A stretch of DNA of 64,000 nt. Source: Coleofasciculus sp. B1-GNL1-01 (lineage in GTDB: Bacteria > Cyanobacteriota > Cyanobacteriia > Cyanobacteriales > Coleofasciculaceae). The translations under genes and the position numbers were made by a program. Location of the stretch: assembly GCA_040220235.1 (NCBI GenBank), contig JAVJTO010000070.1; one strand, given 5' to 3'. Positions 30,678 through 41,500 of this stretch are shown here, piece by piece. The notes beneath the pieces are model-generated. The model was not told the origin of the DNA, ran no database searches, and saw nothing but the letters and a program-made list of their open reading frames with translations. How positions within the stretch are numbered: position 1 is the stretch's first letter; every line of letters starts with the position of its first letter.

Positions 30678-31784
30678 CTAAGATCCAACATCTCGGCAAG
30701 CACGATACAGGTCTGTCCAGCCTTTGCGTTCTTTGACCACAGTTTCGAGATACTCGTTCCACACTAACGTATCTTGAATCGGATCTTTAACCACAGCCCC
30801 CACCAATCCAGACGCAATATCCTTAGCGCTGAGGTGTCCATCGCCAAAATGGGCGGCTAGGGCTAACCCACTATTCACCACCGAAATTGCCTCAGCTGTA
30901 CTCAGGGTACTACTGGGAGATTTTAGTTTAGTTTTACCATCTTCGCTGATACCGCTACGCAGTTCGCGGAAAATCGTCACCACCCGGCGGACTTCAGTTA
31001 AGGCGGGGGCTTGCACCGGGAGTTCTAAAGCACGTCCTAAGCTTGCGACTCGTTGTTGAACGATCTCGACTTCCTCTTCGATGGTTTTCGGTAAAGGAAG
31101 GACAACAGTATTAAAGCGGCGTTTCAGGGCGCTAGACAAGTCATTGACCCCCTTGTCGCGATTATTCGCTGTGGCGATAATATTAAAGCCTTTAATCGCT
31201 TGCACCTCATCCCCCAATTCGGGAATTGGTAGCATCTTTTCTGAGAGAAGGGTAATTAGGGTATCTTGGACATCTGCCGGAATCCGAGTTAATTCTTCCA
31301 CCCGGGCAATTTTCCCCGCTTCCATCGCCACCATCAGTGGACTTGCCACTAACGCCTCCATCGAAGGACCTTGGGCGAGTAATCGGGCATAGTTCCACCC
31401 ATAACGAATGGATTCTTCACTGGTTCCGGCTGTTCCTTGAATCAGTAACGTTGAATCCCCAGAAATAGCGGCGGCTAAATGTTCTGATACCCAAGACTTA
31501 GCCGTTCCCGGAACCCCCATCAGTAATAAGGCGCGGTCTGTGGTGAGAGTGGCTACAGCTATTTCAATCAGTCTGCGATCGCCAATATACTTGGGCGATA
31601 CCACAAACCCGTTCTCTAGTGTACCTCCCAATAGATATGTTGTGACTGCCCAGGGGGATAAATTCCAGTTCGGCGGGCGCTGGCGTTGATCTGCTTTTGC
31701 CAATTCCGCTAATTCTTCGGCAAACTGTTGTTCCGCATGTTCACGCAATAAAAAGTTTTGATTGTTTAGCTTTGCACGATTCAC
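30678..31784 (-). CDS. MoxR-clade AAA+ ATPase, YehL-like
   Basis: LREHAEQQFAEEL, GVPGTAKSWVSEHL, RVEELTR, ATANNRDKGVNDLSSALKRRF. Confidence 0.92.
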   Translation of the reverse strand: MNRAKLNNQNFLLREHAEQQFAEELAELAKADQRQRPPNWNLSPWAVTTYLLGGTLENGFVVSPKYIGDRRLIEIAVATLTTDRALLLMGVPGTAKSWVSEHLAAAISGDSTLLIQGTAGTSEESIRYGWNYARLLAQGPSMEALVASPLMVAMEAGKIARVEELTRIPADVQDTLITLLSEKMLPIPELGDEVQAIKGFNIIATANNRDKGVNDLSSALKRRFNTVVLPLPKTIEEEVEIVQQRVASLGRALELPVQAPALTEVRRVVTIFRELRSGISEDGKTKLKSPSSTLSTAEAISVVNSGLALAAHFGDGHLSAKDIASGLVGAVVKDPIQDTLVWNEYLETVVKERKGWTDLYRACRDVGS

Positions 31785-32005
31785 AGTTGTTTGTCCTGAA
31801 AAAGACTCTTCCGTACCTGCTATACTAAACTAACTTTCTCCCTATTCGTCATTTGTCACTTGTCATTCGCCCTTTGTCATCCTCATGAAGCGCCAAGCAA
31901 GCTACAACCTTTGTCAGCCTTTGAGGACTATTTGCAAAACTTAGTACCGCCTACAAAATTTGTATTCAGGCAATTAAAGCCAATAGCTTAAAAGAGTAAT
32001 ATTTT

Positions 32006-32977
32006 ATGACTAAGAAAAAATTTATTAGTCCAAAGATTGATTATGCTTTCAAGAAAATATTTGGTTCAGACCAAAGTGAAGATATTCTCATCAGCTTCTT
32101 AAATGCAATTGTCTACAATGGAGAGAGTGTCATTTCTAGTTTAACCATTGTTAACCCTTACAACCCTGGTCAGGTTGAAACCTTAAAAGATAGTTACTTG
32201 GATATCAGGGCTGTTCTAAACAGTGGAGAAATTGTCCTCATTGAAATCCAGGTCGCACGGATAGCCGCTTTTCATAAGCGAGGGATTTACAATCTCTGCA
32301 AAGCTTATGCTAATCAGTTGACATCAAAAGACTATTACCTGGAGATTACGCCAGTTATTGCCGTAACAATCACTGATTTCATTCTATTCAAAGAAAGCCA
32401 TAAATGTATTCATCATTTTGTGTTCAAAGACAAAGAAAACTCATCGGAATATCCTGAACATGAATTGCAGCTAATTTTTGTAGAATTACCGAGATTTGTG
32501 AAAAAATTGCCAGAGTTACAGACCTTGGCAGAGAAATGGATTTATTTTATGACGCAAGCTCAAGACTTAGAAGAAATCCCAGAAAGTTTGGCAGAAGTTA
32601 GGGCAATAGAAAAAGCGTTAACGATAGCCAATCAAGCGAACCTGACACCAGCAGAAGCTGAGGAAGTCAGTCGTAGAGCCATGCAGTTGCGAGATGAGAT
32701 AGGACGCCTCAAATATGCTACCGAAGAAGCATCGCAGGAGGCGCGGGAAGAAGGTCGTCAAGAAGGTCGCCAAGAAGGTCGCCAAGAAGGTCGCATTACA
32801 GAAGCACGCGCTTTAGTCCTGCGTCTGCTGAACAAGCGATTTCCAGACCAGACAGCGGAACTCAATAGCTTAGTAGAAGGTTTGTCGTTGTCAGCTTTAG
32901 AAGGGTTAAGCGATGCTATGTTTGAGTTGAATAATTGGGATGATTTGTTAACTTTATTGGCAGATATAGACCAATAA
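32006..32977 (+). CDS. Rpn family PD-(D/E)XK nuclease with DUF4351-like tail
   Basis: FISPKIDYAFKKIFGS, YLDIRA..LIEIQV, EGRQ repeats (gaaggtcgccaa tandem). Confidence 0.92.
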   Translation: MTKKKFISPKIDYAFKKIFGSDQSEDILISFLNAIVYNGESVISSLTIVNPYNPGQVETLKDSYLDIRAVLNSGEIVLIEIQVARIAAFHKRGIYNLCKAYANQLTSKDYYLEITPVIAVTITDFILFKESHKCIHHFVFKDKENSSEYPEHELQLIFVELPRFVKKLPELQTLAEKWIYFMTQAQDLEEIPESLAEVRAIEKALTIANQANLTPAEAEEVSRRAMQLRDEIGRLKYATEEASQEAREEGRQEGRQEGRQEGRITEARALVLRLLNKRFPDQTAELNSLVEGLSLSALEGLSDAMFELNNWDDLLTLLADIDQ

Positions 32978-32988
32978 ACTGTTGACGC

Positions 32989-34524
32989 TCAAATTTCTCT
33001 GCCCATTTCATAGCGTAAATGCAAAATTGCCAATACTTCATCAATCACCTCCGTCCAATAGGAGGCTAAAGCCAACCGTTCGGGTACAATATTGCTGAAA
33101 CGGGTCGAGAGTTCGGGGACAATATCAGGACTCATAAAATAAGCAAACTCTTTTAATCCAGTAGACAGCGACCAATCGTAAGGATTATCCGTCTTCTTCA
33201 GATAGCGGCGCACACCGTCTAAAACAATCTCGGTTAGTTCTATACTCCAAGGAACATGGCAATGGGTTAATAACGTAAACGCCGGATGTTTACTATTAAA
33301 GGGAACCTTACTGGATGGGAATAAATTCAGGAAAAAACTATCTCGTTGTTCATGAGAGAGGACATTAATTAATCCAGAAATTAATTGCTTTTGCGGGATT
33401 AAATAGCCCTTAAACGTACCATTAAACGGCAGTAAAGCCTCTGCCCAGTCCGGATTCTGTTGGCGCATCGCCGCTACCGCCCAGCCTTCAACCACGGAAT
33501 GATCCCACTCACTCCGTTTTGCGGCTTGTATCCATTCAGTCGGGGATTCTTCCTGAAGGTCTGACCACAGAGAAAGGGGAGTCGCGGCGACGATTTGTAA
33601 AATCATCCAGGCTTTATTGCCTAATAACTGAGGCGGCTGTTTGCTATCAATCCCATCTCTAGTTATCTCTTGGTCATGATTATCCGGGAGGAGAAAATCT
33701 AGATGCAAACGGTTACGCTTGCGCCGAAATGTGATAGCCGATTGGATGCGTTGTTTCATCCGCTGACATAACCCCGATTCCGGTAACTGTGCTAATAAAG
33801 TAGCCGCTTGGCGTCGCACCTCTTGACGACGGTCATCCAGTGCAACCTCTAAAAATGCCTCATCCTCCAGGTTTAAGCCAATTTGCAAGGTGTCTAACAA
33901 CGCGATTCTGGCATCTGACGATGCTTGTTGCCACACAGCCACAAGTCGTTCCCGTGCTGAGGCGGGATGTTCATGCCGTAGATGTTGCAATAGAAGTCTG
34001 CGGGCGTCTAGACTTCCAGTTGTCCACGTTTGTTCGATATCCTCATCTCCCACATAATTCCAATCCGGATTATGGGCGGCTAACCACCGTCCCCGTTGAC
34101 CTAAAACCGGGAGAATGGCGGGGCGTAACTGAGGTGAGGTGCGTCCAACTTCCAGTAACTCTGGCAAATAATAGTCGGGCACACGGTATCCAGCTGTAGC
34201 GGCGGCGGCTAACCATTCCGGTAAGAGTTTTGCCCGGTCTTTTTGTAACATCAATTTCAGATAATGGGCGGCGCGGGGGCTACAAGGGGGTTTATCCTCA
34301 GGTGGACAAGGTTGGGGTAAAGGTTGGTTATCGGTAATCGGGCGTTGTCCGGCGCGGTGATAGAGAGAAATTGTCCCAGCCGCGCTGAGTAATGTGGCTT
34401 CTGGGTCAGTAGAATTAAGTTGGCATAAAAGTTGACTGAGTGGGTTAGTGGCTGGAGTAAGGGTGAGAGTTCGTCTCTCGGTGCCAACTAAGGCGGTGGT
34501 GATTACGTCTTGCCAGAGACTCAT
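32989..34524 (-). CDS. DUF5691 helical-repeat protein
   Basis: WQDVITTALVGTERR, LGQRGRWLAAHNPDW, EDEAFLEVALDDRRQEVR. Confidence 0.88.
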   Translation of the reverse strand: MSLWQDVITTALVGTERRTLTLTPATNPLSQLLCQLNSTDPEATLLSAAGTISLYHRAGQRPITDNQPLPQPCPPEDKPPCSPRAAHYLKLMLQKDRAKLLPEWLAAAATAGYRVPDYYLPELLEVGRTSPQLRPAILPVLGQRGRWLAAHNPDWNYVGDEDIEQTWTTGSLDARRLLLQHLRHEHPASARERLVAVWQQASSDARIALLDTLQIGLNLEDEAFLEVALDDRRQEVRRQAATLLAQLPESGLCQRMKQRIQSAITFRRKRNRLHLDFLLPDNHDQEITRDGIDSKQPPQLLGNKAWMILQIVAATPLSLWSDLQEESPTEWIQAAKRSEWDHSVVEGWAVAAMRQQNPDWAEALLPFNGTFKGYLIPQKQLISGLINVLSHEQRDSFFLNLFPSSKVPFNSKHPAFTLLTHCHVPWSIELTEIVLDGVRRYLKKTDNPYDWSLSTGLKEFAYFMSPDIVPELSTRFSNIVPERLALASYWTEVIDEVLAILHLRYEMGREI

Positions 34525-34621
34525 TGAGGCTTTACCGAAGATAGGATATTAAACCGATTTTAATCGAACAGGTTCCTCTGAATTGATTACTCTATTACTG
34601 TTAGTTAACCCTTCTACCCTT

Positions 34622-35230
34622 TTACTCTAAAATTCCCACTAAAATATTTACTAACTCTCTCAAATCATCGGGCAACGTATAAGACCCAATATCTCTTATA
34701 ATTGTTAACGTACTTCGCTCTAACTTACCAAAAACCCACAACTCCCCAATAGTCACCACTCCATACAACACCTCCGGTGATTCCTGGAGCATTGCCAACG
34801 CAATCAACTCCACCGCTAGTTGAGTGAACCCCCGCGTCAAATCATCCCGCTTCGCTTCAATAACAATTAATCCCATCTCCGACTCAATAAAATAATCTAA
34901 ATTCCCCTGAAGTTGCTCATTAACCTTCAACGGGTACTCAATGCGTAGCAAACGGCGGCACATTACCGCCACTCGCGCCAACACTGGCGCAATCAAAATT
35001 TCCCGCTTGGCTGTTTCACTACTGAGAGTGACATAAGGAATCGTGTCTTCTAACTGCTGCTGTAACTCCGAAAGATACTCAATCTCACGAGTGGTTTTGG
35101 GTAAGTGAATGCGCTGGCGTTCAAACTTATAGCCAAACTCTGCCAGGATTTCATCGGTATCATTGGGTAGCTCAAAGTAGGAACGAAAACTATAGCTGGT
35201 TCCCTCTTGCAAAATTTTGGGCTTAGACAT
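34622..35230 (-). CDS. Cyanobacterial PD-(D/E)XK-fold hypothetical protein
   Basis: SETAKREILIAPVL, GNLDY..LIVIEAKRDDL.RGFTQLAVELIAL, YGVVTIG. Confidence 0.75.
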   Translation of the reverse strand: MSKPKILQEGTSYSFRSYFELPNDTDEILAEFGYKFERQRIHLPKTTREIEYLSELQQQLEDTIPYVTLSSETAKREILIAPVLARVAVMCRRLLRIEYPLKVNEQLQGNLDYFIESEMGLIVIEAKRDDLTRGFTQLAVELIALAMLQESPEVLYGVVTIGELWVFGKLERSTLTIIRDIGSYTLPDDLRELVNILVGILE

Positions 35231-35320
35231 AAATACTCCTGAGTTTTAGGTATTGTAGGTTGGGTAGAGCGATAGCAAAACCCAACAGGATTTAGGTTGA
35301 AGCCAGCAAACCTAACAAAA

Positions 35321-35449
35321 TATAGCGCTACGCGCTAGGCAATAGGCAATAGGCAATAGGCAATAGTGAAGACAAAAGCTTACCTGAAAAGGGATTGAGC
35401 GATTTTAATTTTTCTTCATTTTGTCCTAACGTGTGTGCGTAGTGCTATA
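35321..35449. mobile_element. MITE-like element containing an (AGGCAAT)n array
   Basis: Inverted repeats tatagcgctacgc / gcgtagtgctata (12 of 13 match). Confidence 0.7.
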
Positions 35450-35475
35450 TAAGGCTAAAGCCTTTACTACGAACA

Positions 35476-36783
35476 TTATCGAAACACAATAAACTGCTCT
35501 TGGGAAAAAGCACTTAAGGGAAAAAAGTGATCACCATTCCATTCACCAAATACGGTGATGGGATGTCCCCCACTCAGGGCAAATAACTGCCAACCCTCTG
35601 TAAATCTGGGGGTGAGGCGTAATACCTGGTTAGAATCGTCGCGCAATGCCCATCCTTGGTTATATTTCTGGGGAATAACTCCTTGTAAGCTGAGGGGAAA
35701 TTGGTCTAACCAGGGTTGACAAGCTAACGCATTTGTGTATTGATTTAGAGCAGTTGCGATCGCGCGTTCCCCTTCCATTTCTGTAAACGGTATGGCTGGG
35801 GCGTTACGGGTTTTGACAATTGCCCGCAACGGATAAGCGCTGGCAAAGAATCCCAAATCGGCGTCGAGGAGAGTTCCGGGGATGAGACTGGTGTCTAGGG
35901 GTTGAGTATGATGGGCAAAGGTCAGGATCAAGGCGAATCGATGCGTCTGTTGTCCTTGTAACCATATCCGTTGCGCTTTCAGGTTATCCTGGTCTTCGAT
36001 GCACTGTCCTAAGATTGACCAGCGATCGCGGATCATCGAGGTAGCGGTTTCTTCTTTTTGCCCCCACCCAATCGCCGTGCGGATATCGGCTTGCCTGTCT
36101 GGGGGTAATGTTTCTAGGCGTTGGAATCCTTGCAGTAACAGATACAAACGTCCCAACCGTGCCAAGAGGCGTTCTTGCCAACCCACTCCCGTATAGGGAA
36201 TCCCCGACATCTCCTGTAACTGACGCGCCAATCCTGGGGCTTGAGCATCAATCATCCGGGCGGCTACCGTATCCCAAAACTGATAGTCTTTTTCCGGTAA
36301 GTTGGCTAATCCCTGACGGACTAAATCACGCAACCAACGGTCTAATTCTTGCACCCCGGCGGTAACATTTTCCTCCCGTTTGGCGGCGCGTTTGGCTTTA
36401 GCTGCGGGATCAGCAACGTTTTCTGATTTTTCTACCTTTTTCGCCTGTTTTTGACGGCGAGTGCTAATCCAATCGTTTACCCAATCAGGAGATTGATTTT
36501 GGTTAAACCTATCGGGTTGATTGGCGAAGAGTAATAAGAGTCCGAGTCCATGTTTGCAGGGAAATTTACGACTCGGACAACTGCATTTAAACGCCGTTTC
36601 ACCTAAATCGATTTGGGTTTGATAGGGGTTACTTCCACTTCCTTTACACTCTCCCCACACCGCCTCCTGATTTCGTCCCAATCCTTGCCATTTCGATAAA
36701 CGTGCCAAGCCTTGACCATTTTGGGCAGACTTAGCATCGGGGGCGAGTGCAAGGATTTGTTCCGGAGTCCAGGTAATAGGCAT
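35476..36783 (-). CDS. SWIM zinc-finger protein (YehQ-like)
   Basis: WGECKGSGSNPY, CSCPSRKFPCKH, AARMIDAQAPGLA. Confidence 0.92.
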   Translation of the reverse strand: MPITWTPEQILALAPDAKSAQNGQGLARLSKWQGLGRNQEAVWGECKGSGSNPYQTQIDLGETAFKCSCPSRKFPCKHGLGLLLLFANQPDRFNQNQSPDWVNDWISTRRQKQAKKVEKSENVADPAAKAKRAAKREENVTAGVQELDRWLRDLVRQGLANLPEKDYQFWDTVAARMIDAQAPGLARQLQEMSGIPYTGVGWQERLLARLGRLYLLLQGFQRLETLPPDRQADIRTAIGWGQKEETATSMIRDRWSILGQCIEDQDNLKAQRIWLQGQQTHRFALILTFAHHTQPLDTSLIPGTLLDADLGFFASAYPLRAIVKTRNAPAIPFTEMEGERAIATALNQYTNALACQPWLDQFPLSLQGVIPQKYNQGWALRDDSNQVLRLTPRFTEGWQLFALSGGHPITVFGEWNGDHFFPLSAFSQEQFIVFR

Positions 36784-36863
36784 GTTGAGTAGGTGGACAC
36801 AATTAAAGTTAACGGTTGAGATTAGGAAGGATCAGGCTATTGCCCATTGCCCATTGCCCTCTT

Positions 36864-38483
36864 TCATCCTTCAACTGATTCCGCCACGGGCAAGATTATC
36901 GTAAACGTGGTTCCTGCGCCAACTTCACTCTCAACCTCCACTCTACCTTGATGCAATTCTACACATTCTTTCACAATCACTAATCCCAAGCCCACACCAG
37001 GAGTAATGCCAATATTACTGGCGCGATAGAATGCCTTGAATAATTTCCCCTGATCATCCGGGGGAATACCAATGCCTTCGTCAGAAACCCGCAGCCGTAT
37101 TTCCTGGGCTTGAGGACTTAGTTCGACCTCAATTAATCCTCCCTCTGGAGAATATTTGATCGCATTAGACAATAAGTTATCGAGAATGAGTCGCAGCAAA
37201 CTGCCATCTAAAACGACGCGATCGCACTCACTTGGGCAGATCAGGTTCAGGGTATGTTTTCCGGCGGATTTGGGGCGCACCGCTTCAATCGCCTCGCCCA
37301 CGAGTTCCTCAACATTCACTGGAGTGGGATTAAATTCCAGGGCTTGAATTTCGGCTTGCTCAATGAAAATCATATCGTTGACTAGATTCGTCAGATGCTC
37401 AACCGACTGTTTCACCCGTTGGAAATGTTTCTGTTTTTTCTCCGGCGTCAAGCGATCGCTATATCTTTGTAACATTTCCGTAGACGACAAGATTGTCGTC
37501 AGGGGAGTCCGGTATTCATGGGAAACTGTGGCAACAATTCGAGATTTCAATTGGCTCAATTCTCGTTCTCTAGCTAACGCTACCCGTAACTCTTCTTCTA
37601 GCTGCTGGCGTCGGGCAATTTCGGCTTCTAGTTGTTGGTTTTGCTGTCTTAATTGGGCGGTACTTTCAGCGACTCTTTGTTCTAAGTCGGCATTAGTCTG
37701 CTTGAGCAAGGCTTGGATTTGTCGTTGCTCAATGACATCATGGAACACCAATACAGCTCCCAGAATCTGTTCGCTATCATTCTTAATGGGAGCCGCACTA
37801 TCATCAATGGGAATTTCTTCACCCTCTTTATTAATCAGCAGCGTATGATTTTCTAGGTTTACGGTTGTCCCCCGTTCTAGAGACAACGTGACGGGGTTCG
37901 GAATGGCTTCTCGTGTCATTTCATGAATGGTCAGAAAGATTTGATTCAAATCCTGACCTAAGGCGTCTTGTTGTGTCCATTTTGTTAGCGCCTCAGCTAC
38001 CGGATTCATAAACGTGATTGCCCGTTGCGGATCAGTGGTAATAACTGCATCACCGATACTTTTTAACGTCGTGGCTAGCCATTGCTCTCGCTCCCGAAGC
38101 TGTTGCTCCATTTTATGTTTGTAGAGCGCTACTTCAATCGTGGTTGCTAAATCTTTGGATTCAAAGGGCTTGAGCAAGTAACCATAGGGTTCGGTGAGTT
38201 TAGCCCGCTCCAACGTCTCCTGATCATTATAGGCAGTCAGATAGATAACAGGGAGTTGAAACTGCTGGCGCATTTGAGCCGCCGCTTCAATGCCATCGAC
38301 TTTACCTTTGAGCCGAATATCCATCAGCACCAAGTCGGGAGGATTTTGAGGAATTCCCGCGATCGCGGCTTCGGCAGATATCACATTGGCGGTTACAGTA
38401 TATCCGAGGGATTCCAGGCGATTTTGAATGCTGAGAGCGACAACTCTTTCATCTTCAACGACTAAAATTTTTGCTTTAACCAT
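36864..38483 (-). CDS. Hybrid REC-PAS histidine kinase
   Basis: ILVVEDE..DLVLMDIRL, PAS, VSHEYRTPL, NAIKYS, GVGLGL. Confidence 0.95.
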   Translation of the reverse strand: MVKAKILVVEDERVVALSIQNRLESLGYTVTANVISAEAAIAGIPQNPPDLVLMDIRLKGKVDGIEAAAQMRQQFQLPVIYLTAYNDQETLERAKLTEPYGYLLKPFESKDLATTIEVALYKHKMEQQLREREQWLATTLKSIGDAVITTDPQRAITFMNPVAEALTKWTQQDALGQDLNQIFLTIHEMTREAIPNPVTLSLERGTTVNLENHTLLINKEGEEIPIDDSAAPIKNDSEQILGAVLVFHDVIEQRQIQALLKQTNADLEQRVAESTAQLRQQNQQLEAEIARRQQLEEELRVALARERELSQLKSRIVATVSHEYRTPLTTILSSTEMLQRYSDRLTPEKKQKHFQRVKQSVEHLTNLVNDMIFIEQAEIQALEFNPTPVNVEELVGEAIEAVRPKSAGKHTLNLICPSECDRVVLDGSLLRLILDNLLSNAIKYSPEGGLIEVELSPQAQEIRLRVSDEGIGIPPDDQGKLFKAFYRASNIGITPGVGLGLVIVKECVELHQGRVEVESEVGAGTTFTIILPVAESVEG

Positions 38484-38597
38484 TTGTTTAATTGAAAACC
38501 ACACATAGATAATAAAATTAAATCAACTCGGCATTTAACACCAGAGCCAGCTATGTCCAATAAGTAAGATAGACGTGCCATGACACGTCTCTACAGT

Positions 38598-41500
38598 TTA
38601 GTTACAGCTTTCGATTGGAAAACTAATATTCACTTCTGTTCCCTTATCCAGGTTAAAACTGAGATCACCCTCCAATTGTTCAGTCAGAACATTAATTAAT
38701 TGTAAGCCTAATGACTTAGGGTTGGCAAATTCTAGGTCGGGTGGAAATCCAACGCCATTATCTTTGACCGTTAGGTGACATCGATCCTCAGATTCTGCGG
38801 TCAGGATCACCTCAATCGTCCCTTCCTGACCATTCGGAAAGGCATATTTAAGCGCGTTAGACACTAATTCACTAATAATCAAACCACAGGGAATAGCAGC
38901 ATCAATCGTTAAATCAACCTCATGAATATGAAATTCCAAATTAACTTGGTTATATTCAAAAATATAGATCTGAAACAAATAACTGGTCAAATTCTCAATG
39001 TACTCAGCAAAATTAATCCGGGCAAAATCTTGAGACTGATACAATTTTTCATGAACCAACGCCATTGACTTCACCCGATTCTGACTTTCCTGGAACAGTT
39101 CCACTGTCGTTTGATCGGTAATGTACTGAGATTGTAAATCCAAAAGACTGGAAATCACCTGCAAATTATTTTTAACCCGATGGTGAATTTCTTGGAGCAA
39201 GACTTCTTTTTCCCGCAAAGAGGCTTGAATTTGGATTTCCGCTTGCTTGCGCTCTGTGATATCCAGATTAATTCCCATCATCCGCACAGGCTGACTGGTT
39301 TCATCATAAAATACTTGAGATTTGCTTTCCACCCAGCGCAGGTTCCCATCAGTTCTGATAATCCGAAATTCAATATCATAGCAATCTTCCTGCTCATCAA
39401 TCGCTCGGCGATCCGCTTGGTGAACGCGATCGCGATCCTCAGGATGAATCATTTCCAGAAACATTTTGTAGCTAATCTGCGTGGTTTTGGCATCTAACCC
39501 ATATAGGTGTTGCAGGTGATAGGAACAGGTAATTTGTTCCGTCTCCAGATTTCTATCCCAGAATCCCATACGCGCCGCATCTAGGGCTAACCGTAATTGT
39601 TCTTCACGCTGGCGTAACTGTTCTTCAGCCAGCTTACGTTCTGTCACATCTAGGTTCAATCCAATTGTCCAGATAGGCTGATCGGTTTTGTCATAAATAA
39701 TCTGACCTTTGCTTTGAATCCAGCGCACAATCTGATCGGGCCAAATAATCCGATATTCAAGGTCATAATCCTCTCCAGTTTGAATCGCCCATTCCATGCT
39801 TTGCTTAACCAGTTCTTTGTCTTCCGGGTGAACCTTTTCTAAAAAGGTTTTATAGGGAATTTCTGGACGATCAAATGCCAATCCATAGAGTTGTTCCAAG
39901 CGATAAGACCAAGTAATCATTCCAGTTTGCAAATTCCAATCCCACTTTGCCATCTGTGCGGCATCGAGGGCAAGCCGTAAGCGGGCTTCACTTTGTTGTA
40001 AGAGATCCTCTGCCAGTTTACGGGCGGTGATATCGGTACTCACGCCGAGGACTTGAGTCACCTGTCCATCGGGAGCCACCAACGGGGTTTTAATGGTTTG
40101 ATACCAGCGAATTTTACCGTTTTGATCCCAGGAAAACTCTTCGGGAATGAATTTCGGCTGTAAGGTAGTCAATATCTCTTGATCCTCAGCCATAAAGCGT
40201 TCCACATCTGCCGCATCATCATGGAGTTGGGCGGTTGTTTTTCCCAGCACTTCCTCGACAGGAATCCCCCGATGTTCGGCAAACATGCGATTGGCTAAAA
40301 TATACTGACCGTTTTGGTCTTTGACATAAATGATATTGGGGTTGGTGTCAATGATGGTTTGCAGGAAGTCTTTTTGGTTCTGCAAGGCTTGCTGGGCTTT
40401 TTGGCTCTGAGTTACATCAATGCCCACACAAACAATATGGGTTCCTTGCTGATATTTTTGAGTGGCAATTAAGTGATAGTGACAGGAACCATTGATATTG
40501 ATTTCCAGGATATTTTGGTCAGTTTGAGCCGAACTTGCGATAAACTGTTCAATATAGTTGACAAACGTCGGATTACTATTGAGAAAGCCGAGGGGTTGAC
40601 CCACAAAGTCGTCCGGTGACAGGTTGAACATATCTGCCAAATATTGATTCACTCCCAGATATCGTCCTTGGCGACTCATCCAGGAGACACAACCGGGTAC
40701 TGCATCCAAAACTGCTTGCAGTTGCTCTTTGGCTTGTTGTAATTGTATCTCTATGGTTTGACGGTGAGTAATTTCTTGCTGGAGGCGAGTATTCGTTTGT
40801 TCAAGTTCGGCGGTGCGTTCGCTGACTCGTTGTTCTAAATGGAGATGAGCCTGTTGCAGCAGGCATTCCGCTTGTTTGCGATCGCTAATATCTTGAATCA
40901 GAGCAATCGTGTACTCAGATAACCCATTCGCGCCCCGAACGGCTGACGCTGACACATGCACCCAGACCAGATGACCTTGGTGATGAATATAGCGTTTTTC
41001 GGCGTTTATGTGAGTGATTTCCCCGGTGATCAGTTTATGTAAGTCTTGATAGCACTGGGTTATCTCATCGGGATGGATAAACAGATGGAACGGCTGATTT
41101 AATAATTGGTTAGCCTTGTAGCCGAGGATATCTTGCAGTGCCTGATTGGTATGCAGAACCCGCCCTTGAGTATTCGCGATCGCCATACCAATGGGTGCCA
41201 ACTCAAATACCGTGCGGAAACGGGCTTCACTCTCCCGCACCGCTTGTTGAGCCTGGTGAATGTCGGTAATATCGCGGCACACGCTGAGGACAAATTCAAC
41301 GGAACCATCCGGGGCAAATTCGGGAACCAGACGCGATTGATAATACCGTTGTCCATGGGGAGTCAAAAACGTGAATTCACTCTCATTTTCCTCACCCGTT
41401 TGGAACACCGTTTGTAAGGAGTCCTCCCAGATGGGAATAAGAGTTTTTGGTAATCCTAATTCCCGGTGGGTTTTGCCTAAAAACTCTTGATAGGGAATAC

